A stretch of 63,879 nt of DNA from an uncultured Bacilli bacterium. GTDB lineage: Bacteria; Bacillota_I; Bacilli_A; RFN20; CAG-826. Location of the stretch: assembly GCA_905235515.1 (NCBI GenBank), contig CAJOLV010000009.1, positions 1-63,879 on the forward strand, written 5' to 3'. Of the stretch, positions 1 through 8,917 are shown piece after piece. The notes below the pieces were generated by a model. It ran no database searches and was not told the origin of the DNA. It was given only the letters and a program-made list of their open reading frames with translations. The position numbers and the translations under genes were made by a program. Numbering within the stretch: the stretch's first letter is position 1; each line of letters opens with the position of its first letter.

Positions 1-1
1 G

Positions 2-232
2 AAAAGTCGTTCAACAATAACTGAGCACATTAATAATATTTTTACCGAAGGCGAATTAGAACAAATGACTTCCGTCGGAATTTCCGACCGAAGTAATCAT
101 AGGCCAGCAAAATTGTATAATCTTGATGTTGTTTTGGCGGTCGGTTTTGGCAATATATTGTTCTGCTCCTCAAACAAAAACTGGATTTTTTGCATCCAGT
201 CTTTGTCGATTATTAATAATCGATGTTGGTAA
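2..232 (+). pseudogene. Truncated RhuM-family (virulence RhuM/Fic-associated) gene fragment running off the left edge
   Basis: Frame 2 reads KSRSTITEHINNIFTEGELEQ...LYNLDVVLAVG, typical RhuM N-terminal motifs. The expected YRVxS continuation is absent, similarity ends near 145 and the frame stops at 230-232. Confidence 0.7.
174..206 (-). terminator. Intrinsic terminator of the serpin gene
   Basis: Stem ACAAAAACTGGA / TCCAGTCTTTGT just past the serpin stop codon. Confidence 0.6.
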
Positions 233-1523
233 CTGTCCCAGAGAATATCACATCGTTATCACTATTAGTAAGGATATAACCAAACTCTTTATCAACGATG
301 AATGTCTCGTAGACATCTGTATAAGGAATCTCGTCTGGTGCAGCCGCGCCCCCCATTGCCATCATGGTTATTGCAGCTCCTTCTATTCCTTTTTTATTTA
401 CATCGAGTTTAGCGATATGTCTGACTTCTTGACAATAAATCGCTATGTCCCCATTCACTAAATTAGTGAAATCACATTTATCAATATCAAATAAATCTTT
501 AACATCAAAATCCTCTATTAACATGTCTTTTAAATCTAAATCACATTCCGCTTTAAATTCTGGGAAATAACATTCTGTATGATAGATTTCTCTTTTAATA
601 TCATCTTTAATGATGAGATTATTTTTATCTAAGACATAATTAAGAGTGTCTTTATTAAAGATATCCTTTAAATCTTTTCCTTCATTTGGTTTAACAAAAT
701 AGAGGCGATAGCCATGATCTGTTTCAGTAAAGAAACTAGAATAATCATCAGTGGTAATAGTCTTACCTAAGAAATGATAGCCATCTAATAATTGTTTTTT
801 AGAAACACTTTTATCCCTATTAGTGAATTCTATATCTTTAGAGACATATTGTAAGTTATCTCCATAATCATTCCATAAATCTTTTAAATATAAAGTATTC
901 ATTAACACTAATAGAGTTAATTCTGAGAGTTTTAATTTTGGATTGATTAACCCTTTAGTTTTATCTTTGATAAATTCTTGAATTGCTTTATTAGAGTTTC
1001 TATTATCTTTATTAAAATCCGCGTGATAGGAATAACAATAATAATCATCTCTTAAAGCATCAAGTCCACTATCAAGGAGAGTGATATCATTATCAATCCA
1101 GATAGAGTTAGTTAATAATAGCTCAGATACTAATTTATCTTGGCTATAAATCTCTCTACTCATTTGATTAAAATACATCTTATAGAATTGATTAAATGAA
1201 TCATAATCAATATCAAATGCTTTTAATAATTCTTCTCTAGTATTATTAGAGGCACTTCTAATCGCTAAACCTAGACATAATTCAATAGATAAAGGAGATA
1301 AAGTAATATTACTATTCTCTTTAAATTCTCTTTTAACAAATGAATCACTTAATCGAGAGGAAAAACCTCTTAACTTATCTTTAAAAGATAAATAATCTTC
1401 ATCTAGATAGTTATATCTCTCAGTGTTTTTCACAGGCTCTCTTAAAAGAGTCATCTTATTAAGATGAGTATGACAACCACTAAGGATAAACACAGATGAT
1501 AAGATTAATAACTTTTTAAACAT
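213..1523 (-). CDS. Serpin (serine protease inhibitor), lipoprotein
   Basis: Lipobox ILSGC; serpin motifs NITLSPLSI, NSIWI, LMNTLYLKDLW, hinge VNKKGIEGAAIT and C-terminal FIVDKEFGYIL...FSGTV. Confidence 0.92.
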   Translation of the reverse strand: MFKKLLILSSVFILSGCHTHLNKMTLLREPVKNTERYNYLDEDYLSFKDKLRGFSSRLSDSFVKREFKENSNITLSPLSIELCLGLAIRSASNNTREELLKAFDIDYDSFNQFYKMYFNQMSREIYSQDKLVSELLLTNSIWIDNDITLLDSGLDALRDDYYCYSYHADFNKDNRNSNKAIQEFIKDKTKGLINPKLKLSELTLLVLMNTLYLKDLWNDYGDNLQYVSKDIEFTNRDKSVSKKQLLDGYHFLGKTITTDDYSSFFTETDHGYRLYFVKPNEGKDLKDIFNKDTLNYVLDKNNLIIKDDIKREIYHTECYFPEFKAECDLDLKDMLIEDFDVKDLFDIDKCDFTNLVNGDIAIYCQEVRHIAKLDVNKKGIEGAAITMMAMGGAAAPDEIPYTDVYETFIVDKEFGYILTNSDNDVIFSGTVTNIDY

Positions 1524-1555
1524 ATAAAATATTATACACTCATTAAGACTATATT

Positions 1556-1580
1556 AAAACTAGAGCCATATGACTCTAGT
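1556..1580 (-). terminator. Intrinsic terminator after surface protein gene 1603-2751
   Basis: ACTAGAG/CTCTAGT hairpin followed by a T-run on the minus strand. Confidence 0.55.
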
Positions 1581-1602
1581 CTTATTAATTAATAAATATT
1601 AA

Positions 1603-2751
1603 TTATTTAGATTCTTTCTTTCTCTTGATGAAGAAGAATCCACCTAACGCCACTAATGAGATTGTGGAGGCAACCACGATGATGACAACAATACTATTAG
1701 AATTATCATCAACAATTGGATTTATGCCAAAATTTGTTCCAGAAGAAGACCTTCCCAAAAAATTAGTTAACCCAGTATATTTGGCAATAATGTAATCATA
1801 CATTTCTTCTAAAGCATCTAACTCAGAGTGATCATAATCATCAGAGTTTTGCAAGTATGTCTTTGCGTTAGCACTTAAAGCGCTGAATGCAGTATTTTGA
1901 TTAGCCCAAGCAGTTGACATAGCGGAAGGAGCAGCACCAACTGGATTGTTTTTGGTATTTTCGCAAATAGTACTAATTGCGTTAACAAAATCTCTAGCAA
2001 ATTGAAGCGCTTCGTTTTCATATAAAACTTCAAAATAGTACTCATTGGAGCTACCTAATTTGACATATAAATTGAACGCCGCCGTGACATTAACCTCAAC
2101 GTTATTGTTGTCTTTTCTAGCTTGGATTCCATCTAAATCACTCGCACCACAAGAATCAACATCAAGCCAAATATCATTTCCATTAATGGTTAAAACTGCC
2201 TTGACTTCAACATCTTTTATAAAAGTGTAATTTAATAAACTCCATTGTGCGGCGTAACCATATTCAGAATAATTAGTAGTTTCAGACATTGCTGTGCCAG
2301 TTCCCCATGAATTTGCCTCTGTTTTTAAAACCGCAGATACTTCACCAGACGACCAAGTACTGCTTTCATCCCAGTTTGTAATTTTGCAAAGATTCTTTGA
2401 AGCAAAATCTTCTGTATAAGAACTCTTATTCCAACGTATGCCTGTGTTTCCAGGAGAGCAACGATAGAATTCAACAAGACTTAATCCAGTTATATCAATA
2501 GATACAACCCAATAATCTTCAGCTATTTTTTTAGCTTCTGTATAAGTATTAACGGTTCCGTTCCATGTTCCTAAACAAATACTTTCACTGTCCCAGCCAT
2601 CAAAAGCGCTACAATCTAAATAGAATGACTTATAGTTAGTTGCAGCACTTGCTGATTTAACTTCGCCTCTATTTGCCTTGATACCAGCAAATGCACCAAA
2701 GCCCATTGCAGCAGTGACACCTAAAGTGATAAAAACATTTTTAATTTTCAT
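1603..2751 (-). CDS. Membrane-anchored surface protein with putative carbohydrate (starch)-binding modules, non-catalytic
   Basis: Signal peptide ending ASA; Trp-rich beta modules resembling CBM26 and SusE/F types; helical domain ending YDYIIAKY..NFLGR; C-terminal TM plus KRKK tail. Paralog of 2989-4215. Confidence 0.7.
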   Translation of the reverse strand: MKIKNVFITLGVTAAMGFGAFAGIKANRGEVKSASAATNYKSFYLDCSAFDGWDSESICLGTWNGTVNTYTEAKKIAEDYWVVSIDITGLSLVEFYRCSPGNTGIRWNKSSYTEDFASKNLCKITNWDESSTWSSGEVSAVLKTEANSWGTGTAMSETTNYSEYGYAAQWSLLNYTFIKDVEVKAVLTINGNDIWLDVDSCGASDLDGIQARKDNNNVEVNVTAAFNLYVKLGSSNEYYFEVLYENEALQFARDFVNAISTICENTKNNPVGAAPSAMSTAWANQNTAFSALSANAKTYLQNSDDYDHSELDALEEMYDYIIAKYTGLTNFLGRSSSGTNFGINPIVDDNSNSIVVIIVVASTISLVALGGFFFIKRKKESK

Positions 2752-2822
2752 TCAGCATTCCTCCTCCAGAGAAAATATCGATGTATAGTAAAATGATCTG
2801 TGTCTCTATTATTTCAAGTCTT

Positions 2823-2935
2823 CACATAAAAATCCACCATTTTTATTTAAAATGGAAAAAAACACGATTTTTCTTTAAAATTTAAATTTTATTTTAGATT
2901 CAGTCTTAACATTTCAGTCGGTGGATTTTTTTGTG
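2823..2935. repeat. 16-bp inverted repeat pair (15/16 match) flanking an 81-bp AT-rich segment between divergent genes
   Basis: CACATAAAAATCCACC at 2823-2838 and GGTGGATTTTTTTGTG at 2920-2935. Confidence 0.85.
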
Positions 2936-2988
2936 CATCTATTATACATTAGAGCCATATATTAGCCTTTTTAAGGAGGAAATTTCTT

Positions 2989-4215
2989 ATGAGAAAAAGA
3001 AACATATTTGCAATAGCAATTGCTTCTATGACCTTAGCGTTAGGCGTTGGAGCAGGATTAAAAGTAAACAAAGTTCAAGAAGCTAAAGCTGCGTCAACCG
3101 TTCGCATGTATGTTGATGTTAGTTCTTGGTCAGAAGGAACATGGACAGATGCTAATGCATTAACATATGCTTATGTTGCTGGCGGAACAACAAGTGTTGC
3201 ATGGCCTGGTCAACAAATGACATTATCTTCAGTAACTGGTATCTATTACTTAGATATTTATGATGATGACACAACCGTTAATTTCTTGCGTGTCAATCCT
3301 AACGACAAAACAGGATCTGGCGTTTGGACAAGAGTTGTGAATGAATGGAAATCAGACATTTCATTGCCAAATGATTATTCATCAAAAAACGTGTTTAAAG
3401 TTTATCATTCTGGCTATGATGATTGGACCTATGCTGGTTCTTGGGATTATGTTGAACCATCGGTTTCTGACGGAGCTTACTTAAGAGGAGACTGGACCAA
3501 CGGATGGAGTACAGCCGGACAAAAAGCAATGACAGCAATTACAACTGGAACAAAATATTCAATCGACAACGTTGCCTTAGGCGCTGGCGGAACAGTTAAA
3601 ATGGTTACATTTTCTCGTGGCTATATTTCTTGGGCACAACCAGGAACAGTTTCTTCCACAAACAGCGACAAATTCCCTGCGGCTAAAGAGGAATCAATGA
3701 ATAATGTTACAGTTACAAACGCTGGTGTCTATACAATTGTTTTACAAAAAAACAACGATGTTTGGGATTATACATTCACTGGATCACTCCCTGCCGAATA
3801 TGTTGCCGCAGTTGAATTCTGCGATGATTTTAAAACATCAATGGGCAAGTATTGTCCAGTTACAGGAAGCGATGGTAATAAAGGTTTAGCAAAACTAGAA
3901 AGCGAATGGTCTGATTTTGCAAATAGATTTAATAATGCAAGCTTTGCAAATTCCCGCCCATATTTAACAGATGCAAATCCATCTGATGCAACTTTCATCG
4001 AATTCCAAGAAAGATATGATTCCATTATGGGCGATTATTACAGTTCCTTGAGCTCATACAATTTCTTAGGTAGAAGTTATACTCCAGCCAACACAACTAT
4101 TGAAATGGTAAACAATCAAACCAACACAGTCGCTGTTGTTGTGATTATTATCTCCACTATTTCTTTAGTGGCCTTAGGCGGATTTTTCTTCATTAAGAGA
4201 AAGAAAGAAAACTAA
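2989..4215 (+). CDS. Membrane-anchored surface protein with CBM26-like and SusE/F-like modules, non-catalytic
   Basis: SD AAGGAGG; signal peptide ending AKA; YAYV..AWPGQQMT..GIYYLDI starch-binding-module motif; YLRGDWTNGW module; helical domain ending NFLGR; TM plus KRKK tail. Confidence 0.75.
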   Translation: MRKRNIFAIAIASMTLALGVGAGLKVNKVQEAKAASTVRMYVDVSSWSEGTWTDANALTYAYVAGGTTSVAWPGQQMTLSSVTGIYYLDIYDDDTTVNFLRVNPNDKTGSGVWTRVVNEWKSDISLPNDYSSKNVFKVYHSGYDDWTYAGSWDYVEPSVSDGAYLRGDWTNGWSTAGQKAMTAITTGTKYSIDNVALGAGGTVKMVTFSRGYISWAQPGTVSSTNSDKFPAAKEESMNNVTVTNAGVYTIVLQKNNDVWDYTFTGSLPAEYVAAVEFCDDFKTSMGKYCPVTGSDGNKGLAKLESEWSDFANRFNNASFANSRPYLTDANPSDATFIEFQERYDSIMGDYYSSLSSYNFLGRSYTPANTTIEMVNNQTNTVAVVVIIISTISLVALGGFFFIKRKKEN

Positions 4216-4237
4216 TATATAGATTATATCAATAACG

Positions 4238-4266
4238 AAGTGGACCTCTTCAGAGGTCTACTTTTT
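4238..4266 (+). terminator. Intrinsic terminator
   Basis: AAGTGGACCTC-TTCA-GAGGTCTACTT followed by Ts. Confidence 0.8.
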
Positions 4267-4313
4267 ATATAGCCCACTACTATGGCTATAATCTAGGTAG
4301 TGAGGTGATATAT

Positions 4314-4913
4314 ATGGTGTATGCCTATTTAAGAGTGTCTACTGATACTCAAACTGTGGAGAACCAAAGATATGAAATTAATAGATATGTAGAATCTAAA
4401 GGACTAATTGTGGACCACTTTGTGGAAGAGAAGATATCTGGTGGAAAAGAAGTATCTAAAAGGAAATTAGGTAATCTGTTAAGAAGATTAAAGAAAGGAG
4501 ATATCTTAATTGCTAGTGAGATATCTAGACTCGGGAGATCGTTATATATGATTATGGATATCCTTAATCTTTGTATGGAAAAACAAGTACTAGTGTTCAC
4601 TATTAAGGATAACTTCCATTTAGGGGATGATATTGAGTCTAAAGTTTTAGCCTTTGCCTTCTCTTTATCCGCGGAGATAGAGAGGAGATTAATATCGCAA
4701 AGAACTAAAGAAGCTCTATTAAGAGTGAGAAGTGAAGGAAAAATATTAGGAAGGCCTAAAGGTAAGAAGAATAATCACTCTAAAGTATTAGATAGATTAG
4801 ATATCATCAAAGACTTATTTGATAAAGGGCTACCAATATCTAAAATTGCTAAAAGAGTAAAACTACACCCTAATTCGATATATAAATTAAATTTAAATAA
4901 ATTTAATGGCTAA
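4314..4913 (+). CDS. Serine recombinase/DNA invertase, Mpi (master invertase)-like family
   Basis: YAYLRVST catalytic Ser motif, QTVENQRYEI, SEISRLGR, TIKDNFHLGDDIESKVLAFAFSLSAEIERRLISQRTKEAL and GRPKG before a C-terminal HTH. Start moved from 4305 to the ATG at 4314 behind SD GAGGTG. Confidence 0.88.
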   Translation: MVYAYLRVSTDTQTVENQRYEINRYVESKGLIVDHFVEEKISGGKEVSKRKLGNLLRRLKKGDILIASEISRLGRSLYMIMDILNLCMEKQVLVFTIKDNFHLGDDIESKVLAFAFSLSAEIERRLISQRTKEALLRVRSEGKILGRPKGKKNNHSKVLDRLDIIKDLFDKGLPISKIAKRVKLHPNSIYKLNLNKFNG

Positions 4914-4917
4914 TTTT

Positions 4918-4944
4918 TTAGCACTCTACTTGACTAAGTGCTAA
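4918..4944 (+). promoter_or_regulatory. CIRCE element (HrcA operator) overlapping the htpG promoter
   Basis: TTAGCACTC-N9-AAGTGCTAA, one mismatch to the TTAGCACTC-N9-GAGTGCTAA consensus; TTGACT (4930-4935) and TAAAAT (4952-4957) promoter hexamers. Confidence 0.9.
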
Positions 4945-5003
4945 TTGCGATTAAAATTAATAATGAAACTAGTCCTCTCCTTGAACTAGCGAAAGGAGTT
5001 TTT

Positions 5004-6923
5004 ATGAAAGAAATTAAAAAATTTGAAACAGAAAGTAAAGAATTACTCAACTTAATGATTAATTCGATTTATTCCAACAATGAGATTTTTTTAAGAGAAT
5101 TAATCTCTAATGCCTCTGATGCGATTGATAAATATAGATATTTATCATTAACTAGCCAGGGCCAAGTGCCATTATTAGAGCATTCTATTTCTATCTCATT
5201 AGATAAAAAGAATCGTACTATTACTATTTCTGATAACGGCATTGGTATGTCTAAAGATGATTTAATCAATAATTTAGGTACGATTGCTAGAAGTGGTTCT
5301 AAAGATTTTATGAACAAAATCAAAGAAGCAAAAGAAAAGAAAGACTTAGATATTATTGGCCAATTTGGTGTTGGCTTCTATAGTGCTTTTATGGTTGCTT
5401 CTAAGATTGATGTTTTAACTAAGACTTATGATGGCCAAGCTTATCTATTCTCTTCTGATGGAGAAGATAGCTATTCTATTGAAGAAGCGGATAAAAAAGA
5501 TAACGGCACTTCTATCACTTTATATTTAAAGAAGTCTAGTAAAGAGATTGATTATGATAAATATCTAGAAGAATATGAAATCAAAGATTTAGTGAAACGC
5601 TACAGCGACTACATCAGATATCCAATTAAAATGATGTGCACTACTACTAAACCAAAACTAGATAAAGATGGTAATGAGATTAAAGGTGAAACTGAGCAAG
5701 TTAATGAAGAACAAACCCTTAATTCAATGATTCCTCTTTGGAAGAAAAATAAAAAAGATGTCAGTGAAGAAGAATTAAATAAATTCTATAAAGATAAATT
5801 TATGGATTATGAAGATCCTCTTATCTCCTTATTTATTAATGTCGATGGAAAGATTACTTATAATTCATTATTATTCATCCCTTCTCATATCCCTTATAAC
5901 TTATATAGTGAAAATTATGAAAAAGGATTACAGTTATATTCAAAAGGTGTCTTTATTAAAGACAAAGCCCCTGAACTTATCCCAGATTATTTAAAATTTG
6001 TCAAAGGTTTAGTGGATTCTCCAGACCTCAATTTAAATATTTCTCGTGAGATTTTACAACATTCACCAATCATGAGTAAAATTGCTGAAAATGTTGAGAA
6101 AAAGATCGTTGATAAATTAAAAGAAGTCTTAAAAGAAGATAAAGAAAAATATATTCAATTTTGGAAAAACTTTGGAGAGCATATTAAATATGGTATTTAC
6201 TCTACTTATGGAAGTAAAAAAGAACTCCTTCAAGATATCTTATTATTCCATTCTTTAAATAATAATGATGAATATATCACTCTTGATGAATATAAAAATA
6301 AGATGTCTAAAGAGCAAAAAGCTATTTATTATGTCTCTGGAGAAAATCTTGATGCAATCAAGTTATTACCACAGATAGAAAGATATAAAAAGCTTGGTTA
6401 TGATGTTTTATTACTCGATCAAAGAATTGATGAATTCGCTATCATGATGATGCACGATTATGAGAAGGTAGAATTTAAATCTATTACTGATGATGCAACT
6501 AATGAAATCAGTAAAGAAGAGCAAGAAAAGATTGATAACACTACTGCGGATAATAAGAGATTACTCGATAATATCAAAGAGGGATTAAAAGACGAAATAG
6601 ATGATGTGGTTATTTCCTCTAAATTAGTCGATTCACCACTTTGTTTAAGCACAAAAGATGGTCTCTCCTTAGAAATGGAAAAGACATTAAATGATCAACC
6701 TGGTAATGAAGAAAAAGTGAAAGCTAAAAAAGTATTAGAGATTAATCCAGATCACGAATTATTTAAAGCCTTTTCCTCTATTCAAGAAAATGATGATTTA
6801 GTTAAAGATTATGCATCTATATTATTAGATGAGGCAATGTTATTAGAAGGTAGAGAAATCGCTAATAAAAAAGAGTTTGTCAGAAAACTCAATGAACTAA
6901 TGATTAAAGCGTTTTCTAAATAA
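5004..6923 (+). CDS. htpG: Molecular chaperone HtpG (Hsp90)
   Basis: IYSNNEIFLRELISNASDA, DNGIGM, LGTIARSG and IGQFGVGFYSAF motifs. True start is probably the ATG at 5004 after SD AAGGAG. Confidence 0.97.
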   Translation: MKEIKKFETESKELLNLMINSIYSNNEIFLRELISNASDAIDKYRYLSLTSQGQVPLLEHSISISLDKKNRTITISDNGIGMSKDDLINNLGTIARSGSKDFMNKIKEAKEKKDLDIIGQFGVGFYSAFMVASKIDVLTKTYDGQAYLFSSDGEDSYSIEEADKKDNGTSITLYLKKSSKEIDYDKYLEEYEIKDLVKRYSDYIRYPIKMMCTTTKPKLDKDGNEIKGETEQVNEEQTLNSMIPLWKKNKKDVSEEELNKFYKDKFMDYEDPLISLFINVDGKITYNSLLFIPSHIPYNLYSENYEKGLQLYSKGVFIKDKAPELIPDYLKFVKGLVDSPDLNLNISREILQHSPIMSKIAENVEKKIVDKLKEVLKEDKEKYIQFWKNFGEHIKYGIYSTYGSKKELLQDILLFHSLNNNDEYITLDEYKNKMSKEQKAIYYVSGENLDAIKLLPQIERYKKLGYDVLLLDQRIDEFAIMMMHDYEKVEFKSITDDATNEISKEEQEKIDNTTADNKRLLDNIKEGLKDEIDDVVISSKLVDSPLCLSTKDGLSLEMEKTLNDQPGNEEKVKAKKVLEINPDHELFKAFSSIQENDDLVKDYASILLDEAMLLEGREIANKKEFVRKLNELMIKAFSK

Positions 6924-6958
6924 CATTTAATTCCATAGTAACCTGTATTAAATAATTT

Positions 6959-6985
6959 AGGGATCTCACTGAGATCCTCTTTTTT
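6959..6985 (+). terminator. Intrinsic terminator of htpG
   Basis: GGATCTC-ACT-GAGATCC hairpin plus T-run. Confidence 0.8.
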
Positions 6986-7026
6986 ATATCTACACTACTT
7001 TGTTTTGAGTTTATAATGTTATTGAT

Positions 7027-7434
7027 ATGGCGGATAGCGAAAACAAAAAAGAATATATTAATCCCACTAATGCAGTACTTTTCATTTTGCATTTCTTAGT
7101 ATTAGGTGTTTGGTTTTTACCTTTAGGTAAAATAACTGATAGCATCATCTTTTCTGGATACAAATTAATATTTGATAAAGATGTGCATCTTGATTTATAC
7201 ATTTGTATCTTTATTTTTCATGTTGTATCAATGTTTTTATCATTAGCGGGGGATTACAAAGTTGTTAAATGTATTACGCTTCCACTATTGTTGTTTAATT
7301 CAATTACTTCAATCGTTATTTTATATACCCAAGGTTTTATAGTGACATTTTGGGGATATTTAGTAATGGCTTTATACATGATTTGCATAGGTTTTTCTAT
7401 ATATGATTTATGCATTAGAGATGAAAAAAGTTGA
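7027..7434 (+). CDS. Hypothetical membrane protein (about 4 TM)
   Basis: 135-aa ORF with four hydrophobic segments; TATAAT just upstream. Confidence 0.65.
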   Translation: MADSENKKEYINPTNAVLFILHFLVLGVWFLPLGKITDSIIFSGYKLIFDKDVHLDLYICIFIFHVVSMFLSLAGDYKVVKCITLPLLLFNSITSIVILYTQGFIVTFWGYLVMALYMICIGFSIYDLCIRDEKS

Positions 7435-7531
7435 GGTTCATTATGAAAAAGATGTTAAATATGGTGGGGAATGGGAAAGTTTTGTCCCTGTCACTACTGA
7501 TAGAGAGAATCCATCTACATATGATGCTTTA

Positions 7532-7759
7532 TTAGCCTTTAATGGAGCGGTTAGCACGATGTTCGCTAATGTGTTTAATATTGAAGTGGTTAATGGTCAT
7601 AAATCTACTGGTACTGCTATGAGTGTGTGTTGGCTCTGGTTCTGGAATTACTTCTGATTCTTCTTCATCTTCTGGAAGAGGCACTTCAGGTGCTTCTCCA
7701 CAACCAACTAAAGCAGAAATAGATAAAACTCCAATGGCTAATTTGATTAATGTTTTCAT
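7532..7759 (-). pseudogene. Short or truncated lipoprotein
   Basis: Lipobox LVGC, acidic PE-rich linker, then PTHTH followed by unrelated sequence; overlaps the convergent + ORF 7403-7657. Confidence 0.5.
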
Positions 7760-7891
7760 ATATATACCCCTATCACTAACCTATTTCATTATAAATTGTC
7801 TTATACATATATTTCAATAATATGAAGCGCGTATACATATATGAGAACTAAATAGTTATAGGTTAAAAGAAAAGAGCACTTTGCAGTGCCC

Positions 7892-8917
7892 TTAACCAAG
7901 GATAGCAGAATCACTCATCACATCATCTTTACTCGCGGAGGAGAACATGTTAAGTAGTTGTTCAATGGTGAGTTTTTGTTTTTCTTCTCCTTGGATATCC
8001 ACGACTATATTGCCATTAGACATCATGATTAAGCGATTGCCATATTTAATCGCATCCGCCATATTGTGGGTAACCATAATTGTGGTTAAATGGTTTTCTA
8101 AAACAATCTTATTAGTCAGTTCTAATACCTTACTAGCAGTCTTAGGATCTAATGCTGCTGTATGTTCATCAAGTAAGAGAACTGGTTTAGTAACGTCAAA
8201 GCGTCTAAATTCTTGATCAAACTTATTAAATGCTTCTTTAATTTGTTCGCGTTGTTCCTGAATTGATAATTTTTTATTATTTTTAATTTCTTGTTTTTTA
8301 TTTAAAAATTCTTGATGGAGATTCTTATAGGCTGTTTCGACTTCAAGCTTTGCTTTGGCTTTATCTTTAGCTTCAAATCTCACATAATCTTTTCGAATTT
8401 GTTTATGACTTGGTAATTGAGACATAGTCGCCATTAAGAGAGTGAGAGCTTGTCTTTGTCCACCACTTAATAGACCAACTTTTTGATGAATCTTATTTTC
8501 TAAACCTAAATCTAAACTCTTTAATTGTTCAATAAAGAATTCTTTATCATTTTTTCTAATAGACCATCTAAATAATGATCTAGTTTTACCTCTCCCTCTG
8601 GCAAGAGAAAGATTTTCTAGCACTGTCATATCAGTAGCGGTCCCTTTCATCGGGTCTTGAAAGACTCGTCCAAAATATGGGGCTCTTTGATATTCTTTTA
8701 AATGGGAGACATCCACTCCATTAAGTAAGATTAATCCTTCATCAGCTTCTAACGAACCAGAGATGATATTTAAGAGAGTAGACTTACCCGCTCCATTACT
8801 GCCAACAATGGTGATGAAGTCTCCTTCGTTTAACATTAAATGAAGGTTATTAATCGCGACGTGTTCATTAATCGTTCCAGGGTCAAAAACCTTTCGAATA
8901 TTCTTCACTTCAATCAT
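7892..8917 (-). CDS. ABC transporter ATP-binding protein (aromatic amino acid-type) with a coiled-coil insertion
   Basis: GSNGAGKST, FQDP, LSGGQRQ and LLLDEHTAALDP motifs. Confidence 0.92.
   Translation of the reverse strand: MIEVKNIRKVFDPGTINEHVAINNLHLMLNEGDFITIVGSNGAGKSTLLNIISGSLEADEGLILLNGVDVSHLKEYQRAPYFGRVFQDPMKGTATDMTVLENLSLARGRGKTRSLFRWSIRKNDKEFFIEQLKSLDLGLENKIHQKVGLLSGGQRQALTLLMATMSQLPSHKQIRKDYVRFEAKDKAKAKLEVETAYKNLHQEFLNKKQEIKNNKKLSIQEQREQIKEAFNKFDQEFRRFDVTKPVLLLDEHTAALDPKTASKVLELTNKIVLENHLTTIMVTHNMADAIKYGNRLIMMSNGNIVVDIQGEEKQKLTIEQLLNMFSSASKDDVMSDSAILG

Noticed and set aside
74-88. Palindrome GTCGGAATTTCCGAC
   Set aside because: Lies within the RhuM coding fragment; single copy with no supporting context.
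1561-2960. 11-bp direct repeat TAGAGCCATAT at 1561 and 2950 as a target-site duplication
   Set aside because: Short, the first copy is part of a terminator hairpin, and there are no element ends or transposase.
1612-4209. Near-identical 3' ends of the two divergent surface genes as DNA recombination sites
   Set aside because: All 7 mismatches in 58 nt are synonymous, which indicates protein-level constraint rather than a DNA site.
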